Translations under genes and position numbers: made by a program
NCBI GenBank assembly: GCA_963749535.1
Contig: CAVVNF010000014.1
Location: forward strand, 112,878 to 176,877
Direction of reading: 5' to 3'
Origin: an uncultured Thermoleophilia bacterium
GTDB taxonomy: Bacteria; Actinomycetota; Thermoleophilia; RBG-16-64-13
Length of the DNA: 64,000 nucleotides
Shown: in pieces, positions 28,828 through 38,714 of the stretch
Layout: every line of letters begins with the position of its first letter
Position numbering within the stretch: the first letter of the stretch is position 1
Notes under the pieces: generated by a model
Seen by the model: only the letters and a program-made list of their open reading frames with translations
The model's database searches: none
Told to the model about the DNA's origin: nothing

Positions 28828-29990
28828 TCGGCCACCACCTTCGGTTCACGAGCCTTGGGCTCTCGAGCGAGTTCGACCGCCTTCTCCGCGGCTTCCGACA
28901 TGGTCTCCGTGATTCCTATGTGGGCGGCCTCCATTATCCGACGCCCTTCGGCCTCATTGGTGCCCGTGAGTCTGGCCACCACGGGTACCGCGGACCCGGT
29001 CTCCCGGAGAAAGTCCACGAGGCCCTGGGCCACCGCGTCGCACCGGGTGATACCGGCGAAGATGTTGATGAACACCGCCTTCACGTCCGCGTCCATCAGC
29101 ACTATCTTCAGCGCCGCGACAACGGACTCCGCACTCGCCCCGCCCCCGATGTCCAGGAAGTTAGCCGGCTCTCCCCCATGGAGCTTGATGGCGTCCATGG
29201 TCGCCATCGCGAGCCCGGCGCCGTTCACGAGGCAGCCGACGTTGCCGCTGAGTTTGACATAGCTTAGTCCGAGCTCTCGAGCCTCTGTCTCCGCCGGGTC
29301 ATCCTCGCTAAGGTCTCTCATGGCGAAGAGCTCAGGCTGCCGCCACGCGGCGCTGTTGTCGATGACCATCTTGGAGTCGAGGGCTACGAAATCGCCCTTG
29401 TCTGTGAGAGCCAGCGGGTTTATCTCCACCAGGGAGCAATCCCGCTCGATGAAAGCCTTGAAGAGTGCGAGCGCGATGGTAGCGAACGGAGTCGCCTGTT
29501 GCTTCGTGCAGCCGACGCCGAACGCAAGATCCCGCGCCTGATAGTCGGCTAGACCGAGCATCGGGTCGGCGGTGACTTTGACGATGCTCCCAGGGGATGT
29601 GGCCGCCACCTCTTCGATGTCCACCCCGCCGACCCCGCTCGCCATGAGGGTGACCGCCTTCTTCGCCCGGTCCAGCGTCGCGCCCAGATAGAATTCCTTG
29701 GCGATCGTGACCGCCTGGACCACGAGCACTTTGTGTACTGTGCTTTCTTTGACCCGCGAGCCAAGAAGAACGGCAGCATGTTCACGTGCTTCAGCCCCGG
29801 ACGCCGCCAGTTTGACTCCGCCGGCCTTTCCGCGCCCTCCCGCCAAGATCTGAACCTTCACCGCGACTTTCCCGCCCAAGCCCTCGGCGGCAGCCTCTGC
29901 TTCGTCCGGCGTGGTCGCGACCGAGCCAGGAGGGAAGGCGACCCCGTAGCCGGCTAGGATCTCGCGTGCCTGGTATTCGTGGAGCTTCAT
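28824..29990 (-). CDS. sucC: succinyl-CoA synthetase beta subunit
   Basis: Starts [15 protein letters not shown]-grasp region [16 protein letters not shown] and [25 protein letters not shown]. Overlaps sucD by 4 nt. The ATG at 29990 was chosen inside ORF 28824-30068. Confidence 0.95.
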   Translation of the reverse strand: MKLHEYQAREILAGYGVAFPPGSVATTPDEAEAAAEGLGGKVAVKVQILAGGRGKAGGVKLAASGAEAREHAAVLLGSRVKESTVHKVLVVQAVTIAKEFYLGATLDRAKKAVTLMASGVGGVDIEEVAATSPGSIVKVTADPMLGLADYQARDLAFGVGCTKQQATPFATIALALFKAFIERDCSLVEINPLALTDKGDFVALDSKMVIDNSAAWRQPELFAMRDLSEDDPAETEARELGLSYVKLSGNVGCLVNGAGLAMATMDAIKLHGGEPANFLDIGGGASAESVVAALKIVLMDADVKAVFINIFAGITRCDAVAQGLVDFLRETGSAVPVVARLTGTNEAEGRRIMEAAHIGITETMSEAAEKAVELAREPKAREPKVVAE

Positions 29991-30081
29991 GTGCTTGCCC
30001 TCGCAACGTCTGAACGGTGGCCGAAGGGTCGGCGAAGAACGTATGCGGCCCGGGCTCGCGCCGACCACTCGAGCAGTTCCG

Positions 30082-30122
30082 GGTCTGGTATGAAGACCGT
30101 GAGTTATGGTAAAAGAATACCA
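30082..30122. promoter_or_regulatory. Composite conserved element GGTCTGGTATG-N11-TTATGGTA-N5-ATACCA (copy 2)
   Basis: Same blocks and spacings as 9155-9195. Located 92 nt upstream of the sucC start (minus strand) and 397 nt upstream of the SBP ATG. Confidence 0.5.
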
Positions 30123-30518
30123 GAATTCAGGCGATTACCCTTGGGACGCCACCCTCACGTGGCATGCGAGGGGTAGACACGTTCCCTGGGTACCTCCAAT
30201 ACTGTGGGGCTATTGCCCCAGAGCCTCCACCCTGGTCTAATAGCGGAGACGAGTTTTCCTTTTTCGTCCGAAGAAGTGAGGGGGGCCTCTTGACCGACGG
30301 ATCCTGTCCCAGTCATCGCCATGTGACCAGTTTGTCGGTCGCCGCCCCAATCTCGCGCCGTCGGTACCTCCCGTGCCGGCGGTCTCCTTGTTTGCGGGAC
30401 ATTCTGGGACCGATGCGGAGCTGCATCGAAGCGGAAGGAGGGGGCTGAACACGAAGTGACGCCGGGGCGAAGCCTTGGCACGTGGGTGTTTAGTGGGGTT
30501 TGGGACCTGGAGGGGTCG

Positions 30519-32006
30519 ATGGACGAGCATATTGATAAGGCCAATGACGAGCAAACAGACGCTGGCTCGGGTGCCGGCCGACAGCTGAGCCGGAGAGATT
30601 TTCTCAAGATAGCCGGCGCAGCGGGAGCGACCATCGGATTGGGTGCGGGATTGGGCGGCCTGGTGGCGGCTTGCGGCGGCACCACCACGACTACCACGGC
30701 TTCGACGGCGGGGACGACTACGACCGCGGCCGCCAGCACCACCACCACGGCGGCTGGGAGCACCACGACGGTCTCCGCGGCCGCGCAGGCCGGGCGGCCG
30801 GTCATCATCGGCGCGGTCTCCCCGCTTACCGGTTCGCTGGCCGCCTTCGGGGGACCGGACAAATGGATCACCAGCTACGTGCTGGCAGCCACCAAGGACG
30901 GCGTGGTCTGCGGCGACGGCAAGAACCATCCCATTACCATCAACCAGCAAGATTCGCAATCCAACCCGAACCGGGTGGCCCAGGTTACCGGCGACCTTAT
31001 CTTCAACGCCAAGGCCGACATCATCGTGGCCTCGTCGAGTCCGGACACGGTCAATCCGGCCGCCGACCAGTGCGAGGCCAATGGTGTCCCCTTCTTGGCG
31101 AACTTCGTCCCCTGGCAGCCGTTCTTCTTCGGCCGAAAGGCTACGCCTGCCACGCCGTTCAAGTGGACCTGGATGTTCCACTTCGGGCTGGAAGACGCGG
31201 CCGCGGTCAGGATCGGGGCGTGGAATCAGATCCCGACCAATAAGTCGGTCAACCTCCTGTTCCCCAACGACGCGGATGGCGTCGCTTGGGCGGACGCGAA
31301 ATCGGGTCTAGGGGTGGCGCTGACGGCGGGCGGCTATAAGATCGCCGCGCAGCCGCCCTTGTTCCAGTCGCCGGCCGACGACTTCACTGCTCAGATATCC
31401 CAATTCAAGAAGGACGGAGCCGAGATCGTCTCTGGAATCGCGGTTCCGCCCGACTACGTCAACTTCTACAACCAGGCGATGCAACAAGGTCTCAGACCGA
31501 AGATATTCTCGATTGCGAAGGCCGGCCTCTTCCACGAAACGATCGAGGCGATCGGCGACAACGCGGTCAATACTTCCGACCATAACGTCTGGCACCCCAC
31601 CTATCCTTATGCCAGCGCGCTGACGGGGCAGACCTGCCAGCAATACGCGGACCAGTATACGGCGGAGACAGGCAAGCAATGGACCCAGCCCCTGGGACAG
31701 TTGGGAAAATACGAGTGGGCCATCGACGTACTCAAGCGTATGCCCAGTGTAGATGACAAGTCGTCCTTCCCAACGATCGTCGCGCAGACCAAGTTCGCCA
31801 ATATCAATGGGCCTATCGACTTCACGGAGCCGGTGAAGCTCGGGACGACCCACCCGGTGCTGAACGTGTTCAAGATCAAGATCGCCTACGGCCAGTGGAT
31901 CAAGCTACCCGCGGGCAGCAAATACAAGTACGACCAGGTCTTGGTGTTCGCGCAGGATCCAGGCATGCCTGTCAAAAACACTCTTCAGCCAATGAAATAC
32001 GCGTAG
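30519..32006 (+). CDS. ABC-type solute-binding lipoprotein (branched-chain amino acid/amide-type, Peripla_BP_6-like) with Tat signal; orphan
   Basis: Twin-arginine SRRDFLK, hydrophobic region, lipobox LVAAC, Thr/Ala-rich linker, then IIGAVSPLTGSLAAFG. No permease or ATPase genes are nearby. Confidence 0.8.
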   Translation: MDEHIDKANDEQTDAGSGAGRQLSRRDFLKIAGAAGATIGLGAGLGGLVAACGGTTTTTTASTAGTTTTAAASTTTTAAGSTTTVSAAAQAGRPVIIGAVSPLTGSLAAFGGPDKWITSYVLAATKDGVVCGDGKNHPITINQQDSQSNPNRVAQVTGDLIFNAKADIIVASSSPDTVNPAADQCEANGVPFLANFVPWQPFFFGRKATPATPFKWTWMFHFGLEDAAAVRIGAWNQIPTNKSVNLLFPNDADGVAWADAKSGLGVALTAGGYKIAAQPPLFQSPADDFTAQISQFKKDGAEIVSGIAVPPDYVNFYNQAMQQGLRPKIFSIAKAGLFHETIEAIGDNAVNTSDHNVWHPTYPYASALTGQTCQQYADQYTAETGKQWTQPLGQLGKYEWAIDVLKRMPSVDDKSSFPTIVAQTKFANINGPIDFTEPVKLGTTHPVLNVFKIKIAYGQWIKLPAGSKYKYDQVLVFAQDPGMPVKNTLQPMKYA

Positions 32007-32057
32007 AGGCCTCGGCCGCCGGCTCGCCAATGGTGCTCGGCGATCGCATGACCTTTC

Positions 32058-32092
32058 GGGGGCGGCCGCGACTGCGGCCGCCCCCGCATTTT
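32058..32092 (+). terminator. Rho-independent terminator after the SBP gene
   Basis: GGGGGCGGCCGC-gact-GCGGCCGCCCCC (12-bp stem) followed by GCATTTT. Confidence 0.75.
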
Positions 32093-32256
32093 GAGCGCCG
32101 CCGCAAGAGTCCGCGAAGTCCTCGCGCCGATGTGGGTTACGAGATCGTAATCTGGTGCTAACCAGCACGTACTTCTGGGAACCTAGGCTGGACACGGATG
32201 CAACCAACAGCAGGCGCGCCGTGAGGTTTGGCGAGTCAATGTGATCGGAGACGGCG

Positions 32257-34257
32257 ATGAAACCATCTCGACAGCTCGTCGGTCGCGTGATCGAATCTGC
32301 CAGGACGGTCGGCCGGCGGTGGACGGATGGCTTCCGCGGTCGGCCTCGGTGGTCGTTGCTCGCGTTGGCCGGCGTCGCGGTGCTCGCAGCCGCTCTGTAC
32401 ACCTGGGGTCTCTCGCGCAATGGGATGGGCAACAGCTACTACGCCGCCGCGGTCAAGAGCGGGTCTGTCAGCTGGAAGGCTTTCTTCTTCGGTTCTCAGA
32501 TCCTGGGTCGTTCATCACCGTCGACAAGCTGCCGGCGTCCCTGTGGGTGCCGGAGCTCTTCGCCCGTGTCTTTGGATTCTCGAGTTGGAGCATCCTGCTG
32601 CCCCAGGCATTGGCTGGTCTGGCCTCGGTTCTGATCCTGTACCGGTTGGTGAGACGCTGGATGGGAGAGATCGCAGGGCTCCTGGCGGCGCTGGCCCTGT
32701 GCCTCACCCCCGTGGCCGTCGTGATGTTCCGGTTCAACAATCCCGATGCCTTTCTCACCCTCTTTCTCCTGGCCGCGGCCTGGGCGTTCTGGTCGGCGCT
32801 CGAACGGAACTCGGCGTGGAAGCTGGCGCTCGCCGGTGGATTCATCGGCTTGGCCTTTACCGCGAAGATGCTCGAAGCCTTCGTAGCGCTTCCGGCTTTC
32901 GCGCTCGTCTATCTAGTTTGTGGGCGACCCAAACTCGGCCGCCGCATAGTCCAGGTGCTCGCTGGCCTGCTGGCCCTTGTCATCTCCAGTAGTTGGTGGG
33001 TCGCGATCGTCGAACTCTGGCCCAAAGCCAGCCGCCCCTACGTCGGGGGAAGCTCGAACGATTCGGCGCTCAACCTGATCTTCAGCCGTAGCGGCGGGTA
33101 TTTCGGCAACGCCACGGGGCCCAACTTCAGCGGCAGTGCTGGATGGCTGCGGATGTTCAACGAGCAACTGGGAGGCCAGATCTCGCTGGCTCATCCCGCT
33201 CGCTCTGGCCGGACTGATCGCGGGTCTTTGGATCACCCGTCGGGGGCCTCGAAGCGACAAGAAGCGGGCCGGATTCCTGTTCTGGGGAGGATGGTCGCTG
33301 CTATACCTCGTTGTCTTCAGTCTCGCGAAAGGAGTGCTCCACCCGTATTACACGGTGGTGCTCGCTCCCTCCCTGGCCGCGCTGGTGGGCGGCGGTTCGG
33401 TCGCTCTTTGGCAGGTGAGCCGCACTCGAGCTTGGCTGGCCTGGCTCTTGCCCCTGGCGGTACTCGGGACCGGCGTGTGGTCGTCCGTGCTCTTGAGCCG
33501 GACTTCTGGGTATGCTCCCGGGCTCTCTACTGCGGTCGTGGTCGTCGGCGCTGGGGCGGCGGTCGCGCTCGTCCTTGTGCTGGCTCACGTTGTCGAGCTG
33601 AAGGTCCTATCGCTAGCGGCAGCTGCGCTTGCGATTGTGTGCGTGCTTGCAGGGCCGTTCGCCTACTCGGTGAGCACGGTCTCCCGCAGCGTCACCGGCT
33701 CGTTCGCGGCAGCGGGGCCAACTTCCGCGGCGCTTGCTTCAGCGGGCGGTCCCGGTGGAGGCTTTCCTATGGTGGCGGCACTGGCAGGCGACTCCGGCTC
33801 TGGCGGGGCGCCTCCGGCGGGCGGCGGGCCCGGCGGCGGCGGTCCAACGGCCGCTGGGCCGAGCGGCGATGCACAACAGGTAGACCAAGGTCTCGTCAGC
33901 TACCTGGTCTCGCACAGGGGGACCGCCACCTATTTGGTTGCGGTGGAGGGGTCAGAGGCTGCCGTTCCAATAATCCTGGCCACAGGCCGACCGGTGATCG
34001 CCATGGGCGGATTCAACGGCGCCGACCCCAGTCCGACTCTGAAGGAGTTCGAAGCAATGGTCGCATCCGGGCAAGTCCACTACGTGCTGGTAGGTGGGCA
34101 GGGACCCGGTGTCGGTGGCGGCCCGGGAGGTGGCGGCCCCGGGGGCAGCGGCGCACAGAACGCTATCCTTCAGTGGGTCGTAGCTAATGGCACGGTGGTT
34201 TCAAGTGCGGACTATGGCGGCGGGGCAAGCAGCGCCGTACTCTACTACCTGCAGTGA
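32257..34257 (+). CDS. glycosyltransferase family 39 (ArnT/PMT-like) membrane protein; 2 apparent frameshifts (about 32497 and 33185)
   Basis: Motifs: NSYYAAAVKSGSVSWKAFFFGS/DPGSFITVDKLPASLW, multiple TM helices, soluble C-terminal domain (RGTATYLVAVEGS..PVIAMGGFNGADP). ORFs 32257-32634, 32241-34187 and 33136-34257 are joined. Confidence 0.75.
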
Positions 34258-34411
34258 CCGTGCGTGCAGCGTCCACGCGGTGAAGCCTCGTCTTGCGGTT
34301 CCCGTCCGACGATCGTGCCTTTCGCGGGATCGCGCCATCGCCCCGGCGGAGGTGCTGGAGTATCCTAGTAGTGCCTTCGGAATGGTTGGTGATCTATCGC
34401 ATGGATGGTGA

Positions 34412-34660
34412 TTGATGTTTGGTTTCTTGTTCCTGGTACTGGTCCTCGTCCTCATCTTCAGCTGGCGCCCGTGGCATGCCCGCGGCTACTGGCAAGATCA
34501 CTACTGGCACGCGCATCCCACCGACCGACCTCCCATGGGATCGCCGCCGGCCGCCCCGACTCAGAAGACATCTCTCCAGGTCCTCGATGAGCGCTACGCC
34601 CGGGGAGAGATCGAACGCGAGGATTACCTGCAAAGAAGGCAGGACCTAAAAGGCAGCTGA
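34412..34660 (+). CDS. SHOCT-domain membrane protein
   Basis: N-terminal TM helix (FGFLFLVLVLVLIF) and C-terminal LDERYARGEIEREDYLQRRQDL, which matches the SHOCT pattern. Confidence 0.55.
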   Translation: MMFGFLFLVLVLVLIFSWRPWHARGYWQDHYWHAHPTDRPPMGSPPAAPTQKTSLQVLDERYARGEIEREDYLQRRQDLKGS

Positions 34661-34790
34661 ACCCGATGGGCCGTCGAGTGTACGTGGACCGGTCCTCGCC
34701 AGTCTGCCCTTTCTCGCGTACCTTGGTGTCGAAGCCTCGGGCACGGACGCTCAAGGTCTTAGCGACAGGTCGCCAACATAGGAGGGACTG

Positions 34791-35513
34791 ATGTCTCCCG
34801 ACCCTTCCCGCATTCTCGACAAGCTATCAATCGTCACGCCGCTTATCGGTTTGTACGATGCGCCGGACCCCCGTCCGTTCGGTCCGCTGGTCGAACCGGG
34901 AGCCAGACAGTGCGTCTTCGCCTCCCTCAAACGCTGGCAGGAAGGGAAGACCCTTCACCTGACCCGTGAGAAGCATGGCTGTGGTGCCGGCCACCTGCTA
35001 GGCGTCGATATGCGACCGCGCGAAGATATGGTTCGCTTTCTCTGTGACGAGGAGGGCCTGAGGGCGTCGCACGAACTGATGGACCTTTGGCTGGATGCCA
35101 CGGGCCACTACGAGCCTCGCCACGAGCACCTGCTCATCGGGCCGCTCCGCGAGGGCCAATACGAATACCTTCGCACGGTGACCTTCTATGTGAACGCCGA
35201 TCAATTGGCCTCCCTCTGCACTGGCGCCACGTACTACAGCAAGCCTTCCGACCCTCCTCCGATCATCGCTCCCTTCGGATCTGGCTGCATGCAACTCATA
35301 TCTCTGTTCGATGACCTGGACGTGCCGCAGGCCATGATCGGAGCGACCGACCAGGCCATGCGCAAGCACCTGGAGCCTTGGATGATGGCGTTCACCGTGA
35401 CCCGGCCCATGTTCGACCTGTTGTGCCGCTGGAGCGAAGACCCGCGCAGCTCGCTGCACACGGGCTTCTTCGAGAGTCTCCTCAAGTCGCGTGGAGGTTC
35501 CCTCGCTAGTTAG
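34791..35513 (+). CDS. DUF169-like protein (tentative)
   Basis: 240 aa with SD GGAGGGA. The pattern around QCVFASLKRW..KHGCGAGHLLG and PFGSGCMQL resembles DUF169 as I recall it. Not verified. Confidence 0.4.
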   Translation: MSPDPSRILDKLSIVTPLIGLYDAPDPRPFGPLVEPGARQCVFASLKRWQEGKTLHLTREKHGCGAGHLLGVDMRPREDMVRFLCDEEGLRASHELMDLWLDATGHYEPRHEHLLIGPLREGQYEYLRTVTFYVNADQLASLCTGATYYSKPSDPPPIIAPFGSGCMQLISLFDDLDVPQAMIGATDQAMRKHLEPWMMAFTVTRPMFDLLCRWSEDPRSSLHTGFFESLLKSRGGSLAS

Positions 35514-35606
35514 GGGCGTTGTGCTACCCTCGGCGCCTCGGCTCGGCTCGGCTCGCGGGCCGGTTCGACGACCGGGCACGTGAACTACTGAAGGGACCCG
35601 AAAGCC

Positions 35607-37370
35607 ATGACGTCGCTCCAGAATCTGGGCCGGGTTATCTCCGCCGATATCCTGGTAGTGGGAGGTGGGATCGGGGGGCTGGCGGCGGCGATCTCCGCTA
35701 AAGAATCGTGCCCTGAGGCGGATGTGCTCGTGGTTGAGAAGAATGTCAGCGGCTGGGCCGGTCTGGCGAACAAGGGACACGGTCATCTCTGGTTCTTGGC
35801 CCCCGAGGCTGATGCAGCGGCGTTTCTCGATTTTCACGTACGTCACATCGGCATGTTCCTTGAGGACCAGCAACTGCTTTCCGAATTCGCCAGGGAGAGC
35901 CACGAGACGCTCGAGCGCTTCGATGCTTGGGGCGCGGGACTATGCAGGGACAAGAACGGCAGTTTCTTCAAGGAGCCGATCAAACCCAGCCTTCCGTGGA
36001 GCATGACCGTCGCCGATCTGGACATGCTTATGCCGGTCTACAGACGCGCGATCCGGTTGGGCGTGCGATTCATCGACAAGACTGCGGTGGTCGATCTGCT
36101 GAAGGACGGCAGCGCGGTGACCGGGGCGGTCGGGTTCAGCGTGCTCGACGGCACCTGTCTCCTGCTTACGGCCCGGGCTACGGTCCTCGCCGCCGGCGGG
36201 CAGAGCTTCCGCATCCTGAATGGGTGGAGCTCACAGAGGGGCGACGGCATCGCCGCTGCGTATCGAGCGGGCGCCGAGATGAGAAGCGCGGAATTTGGTT
36301 CCTCCATCGAGTTCGTGGACAGCAGGAGCAAGCGTCCCGTGGACGGCGCCGAGGAGGCCCTGTACGACGCCACGGGTCAGCTGATCACTCCTCTGGCCGG
36401 CCGAGAGTCCGAGTCGGCGCTGGGGGTGCAGGACGCGGTGGCCTGGTACAGGGCGACTCTGGTGGGCAACGGACCCATCGTCACTCATCACGATGAGAAC
36501 CCGCTCATGTGCCAGGGCACGGGAGTGCAGGGCGAGGGTGGATCGACGTCGGGCGGCGGCAAGTTCACGCTAGGTGCGAGCGGCCCCATGCCGTGCGAAG
36601 CCGCATGCGAGCGGCCCCGTTTCGATGCTTATCGCGAGCGCCAGGCTCGCAAGGCGAGGGCGGTCGAGGGCGCGGGCCGGGTCGCGGAAGTGCTGCCGGG
36701 TATGGCCTCCGAGCTCTCCCCGGTCAAGGTGGATCATACGATGGCAACGACCGTTCCCGGACTCTTCGCTATCGGCAACACCTGTTACACGGGCTCTGCG
36801 ATCGTGGGAGCCGTTCCGGCTTCTCCGGGCCGCATGCACGGGAGTGGTTTGACCGGTGCCCTCTGGATGGGGATGAGGGCCGGCGTCTCGGCTGTAGCTT
36901 TCGCCCGGTCTGCGCCGGAGCCCACAACCGATTCGGACCACGTAGCCGTGCTGAAACATCGGGCCTTCGCGCCGCTGGACCGCGCCCAGGGAGTGACTCC
37001 ACTCCAGCTGGTGGAAGAGGTAAAGGCCACCATGAGCCCCATCGGCTACTCGGTGTTCAGAAGCCGTTGGCGTATGGAGGAGGCTTTGGCCAAAGTCCTT
37101 ACGGTGGGCGAGAAGATCGGCTCGCTGGTCGCTGGCGACCCCCATCATCTTGCTGCGTGCAATGAAGCGAGAAGCATGGTCCTATGCGCGGAGATGTTCT
37201 ACAGGTCCTCGCTCCAACGGAAGGAATCCCGGGGCTGGTTCGTGAGGGAAGACTATCCAGAGCGTGACGATCGCGAATGGCTCAAGTGGATCGTGCTGAA
37301 GGACGCGCACGGGGCGATGACCGTCGCAACGGAGCCCGTCCCTATCGAAGATTACCCGGTGAGGCCGTAA
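35607..37370 (+). CDS. FAD-binding SdhA/FrdA/AprA-like flavoprotein (paralog 1)
   Basis: N-terminal dinucleotide fold ADILVVGGGIGGLAAA. C-terminal RKESRGWFVREDYPERDD, typical of the succinate dehydrogenase/fumarate reductase/APS reductase flavoprotein family. Aligns end to end with 47659-49359. Confidence 0.8.
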   Translation: MTSLQNLGRVISADILVVGGGIGGLAAAISAKESCPEADVLVVEKNVSGWAGLANKGHGHLWFLAPEADAAAFLDFHVRHIGMFLEDQQLLSEFARESHETLERFDAWGAGLCRDKNGSFFKEPIKPSLPWSMTVADLDMLMPVYRRAIRLGVRFIDKTAVVDLLKDGSAVTGAVGFSVLDGTCLLLTARATVLAAGGQSFRILNGWSSQRGDGIAAAYRAGAEMRSAEFGSSIEFVDSRSKRPVDGAEEALYDATGQLITPLAGRESESALGVQDAVAWYRATLVGNGPIVTHHDENPLMCQGTGVQGEGGSTSGGGKFTLGASGPMPCEAACERPRFDAYRERQARKARAVEGAGRVAEVLPGMASELSPVKVDHTMATTVPGLFAIGNTCYTGSAIVGAVPASPGRMHGSGLTGALWMGMRAGVSAVAFARSAPEPTTDSDHVAVLKHRAFAPLDRAQGVTPLQLVEEVKATMSPIGYSVFRSRWRMEEALAKVLTVGEKIGSLVAGDPHHLAACNEARSMVLCAEMFYRSSLQRKESRGWFVREDYPERDDREWLKWIVLKDAHGAMTVATEPVPIEDYPVRP

Positions 37371-37531
37371 CCGGGCCGCTCGACTTCAACGCCCCGCTCG
37401 CGCTCACTAACACCATGGCGCCGCGATTGCGGTCCGCACGGTCGGTGACGAGGGCGTGGTGCCCGAATCGGTCCTCTATCTCACTTGTTGCGGTGTAGGA
37501 TGGGAATCGATCAGCCGGTGAGGCTGGCGTC

Positions 37532-38236
37532 ATGCTAGAGAAACAGGAAGGAAACGGCTTGAGCACCAAGCCCGGGCTAGTTGGGGGCGGGCGGTCGGCA
37601 TCACGCATGACCGCGGAGCAGCGGAAGGCTCAGATCATCGACGTCACTCTGCGCCTCGTGGACAAGCACGGCGTGCAGGGCACGACGACCGCGCGTATCG
37701 CCGCCGCCGCCGGCGTGACGGAGCCGACCCTCTACAAGTATTTCGAGAACAGACGCGAGATATTGATGGCTGCTCTGGACGTCGTGTTCGACCAAGCGGT
37801 GGATGTCATCCGTTCGTCGCAGGAGCCGAACGTGGTCGAGCGCCTGCGCAAGATCGGTCAGCACCACACGGAGCTGACGTTCTCGAAGAGTTCCGGTTTT
37901 GTGAATCCGTTGTTCGAGTTCGTGGTCGCGCCTGCCGAGCTTGGGCTGCGTAGCCGGGTGCGCGCCAGAAACGTCGCCATCGCCGAAGCTCTGGCCTCGA
38001 TGGTGAAGGAAGGTATCGCCCAGGGCTCCATCCGGGCGGATGTCGACCCGCAGTTGACGGCCTGGAGGGTGTTGGGTTTCTACTGGTTCGAAGACGTCTC
38101 CTTCCTCATGGACCTCGATGAGGTGGTCACCCTGGGAGTCTCCACAGACCTTTTGGAACGGGTATTGGCCGACATCGCGGTCGAGCCGGGGGCCGAGGCG
38201 CCCGACGCCGTGTCAGAAGGCGAGCGAAGAGGGTGA
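37532..38236 (+). CDS. TetR/AcrR family regulator (paralog 1)
   Basis: HTH GVQGTTTARIAAAAGVTEPTLYKYF. Paralogous to 43191-43805 and 51346-51975. An alternative ATG exists at 37607. Confidence 0.85.
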   Translation: MLEKQEGNGLSTKPGLVGGGRSASRMTAEQRKAQIIDVTLRLVDKHGVQGTTTARIAAAAGVTEPTLYKYFENRREILMAALDVVFDQAVDVIRSSQEPNVVERLRKIGQHHTELTFSKSSGFVNPLFEFVVAPAELGLRSRVRARNVAIAEALASMVKEGIAQGSIRADVDPQLTAWRVLGFYWFEDVSFLMDLDEVVTLGVSTDLLERVLADIAVEPGAEAPDAVSEGERRG

Positions 38237-38250
38237 TCGCATCTTCGCCC

Positions 38251-38288
38251 TTGTCGGTTAGCGGTCACTAAGGTAGCATACGCTAACC
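38251..38288 (+). promoter_or_regulatory. Promoter-like TTGTCG-17-TAGCAT overlapped by TTAG-N6-CTAA inverted repeats
   Basis: TTAGCGGTCACTAA at 38258-38271, (G)TAGCATACGCTAA at 38273-38286, and outer arms GGTTAGCG/CGCTAACC at 38256-38263 and 38281-38288. Lies between tetR1 and the MoaD-like gene. Confidence 0.4.
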
Positions 38289-38330
38289 TAGGTCGGAAGG
38301 CGCGGAAACGCCAAGAAGGGAGACACCAGG

Positions 38331-38630
38331 GTGACCCCACCCACTATCGAGGTAGAGCTGTACGGGGTCGTCCGGGACCTCGTGAAGGAAAGCCATGTCC
38401 AGGTGACTCTGCCTGAGGGGGAGGGGGCCACGTTCCGGGATGTCCTCGAGAGCATGGTAGACCGGTTCGGTCCTGCGTTCCGGGAGCGCTTATTCGGTCG
38501 TGAGGGCCTTTTGAGTTTCGTGAAGGTCTACGCCGGGGGGAGAATGATCACCGATCTCGACGAGACAGTGCCTTCCAAGGAAGGCGAAGGGGTGCGGGTC
38601 ATCGTATTCGCCGCCGCGGGCGGCGGATAG
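38331..38630 (+). CDS. MoaD/ThiS-family beta-grasp protein ending in Gly-Gly-Gly
   Basis: 99 aa, with GTG start 8 nt after GAAGGGAG. C-terminus VIVFAAAGGG-stop. Immediately upstream of a Mo enzyme operon. Confidence 0.55.
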   Translation: MTPPTIEVELYGVVRDLVKESHVQVTLPEGEGATFRDVLESMVDRFGPAFRERLFGREGLLSFVKVYAGGRMITDLDETVPSKEGEGVRVIVFAAAGGG

Positions 38631-38714
38631 TGAGTGTTTCCGGAGGGCCACGGCCCGAAGGAAAAGGAGGCCCCATCGGGGCTGGTTCAATCTGGCGAAA
38701 CGGGAGTCTGACTC

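Noticed and set aside
30660-30790. Short-period acc/acg/gcc repeats here and at 44225-44310, considered as possible tandem-repeat or CRISPR-like DNA
   Set aside because: They are in frame and encode the poly-Thr/Ala linkers that follow the lipobox of the two SBPs. There is no spacer-repeat organisation.
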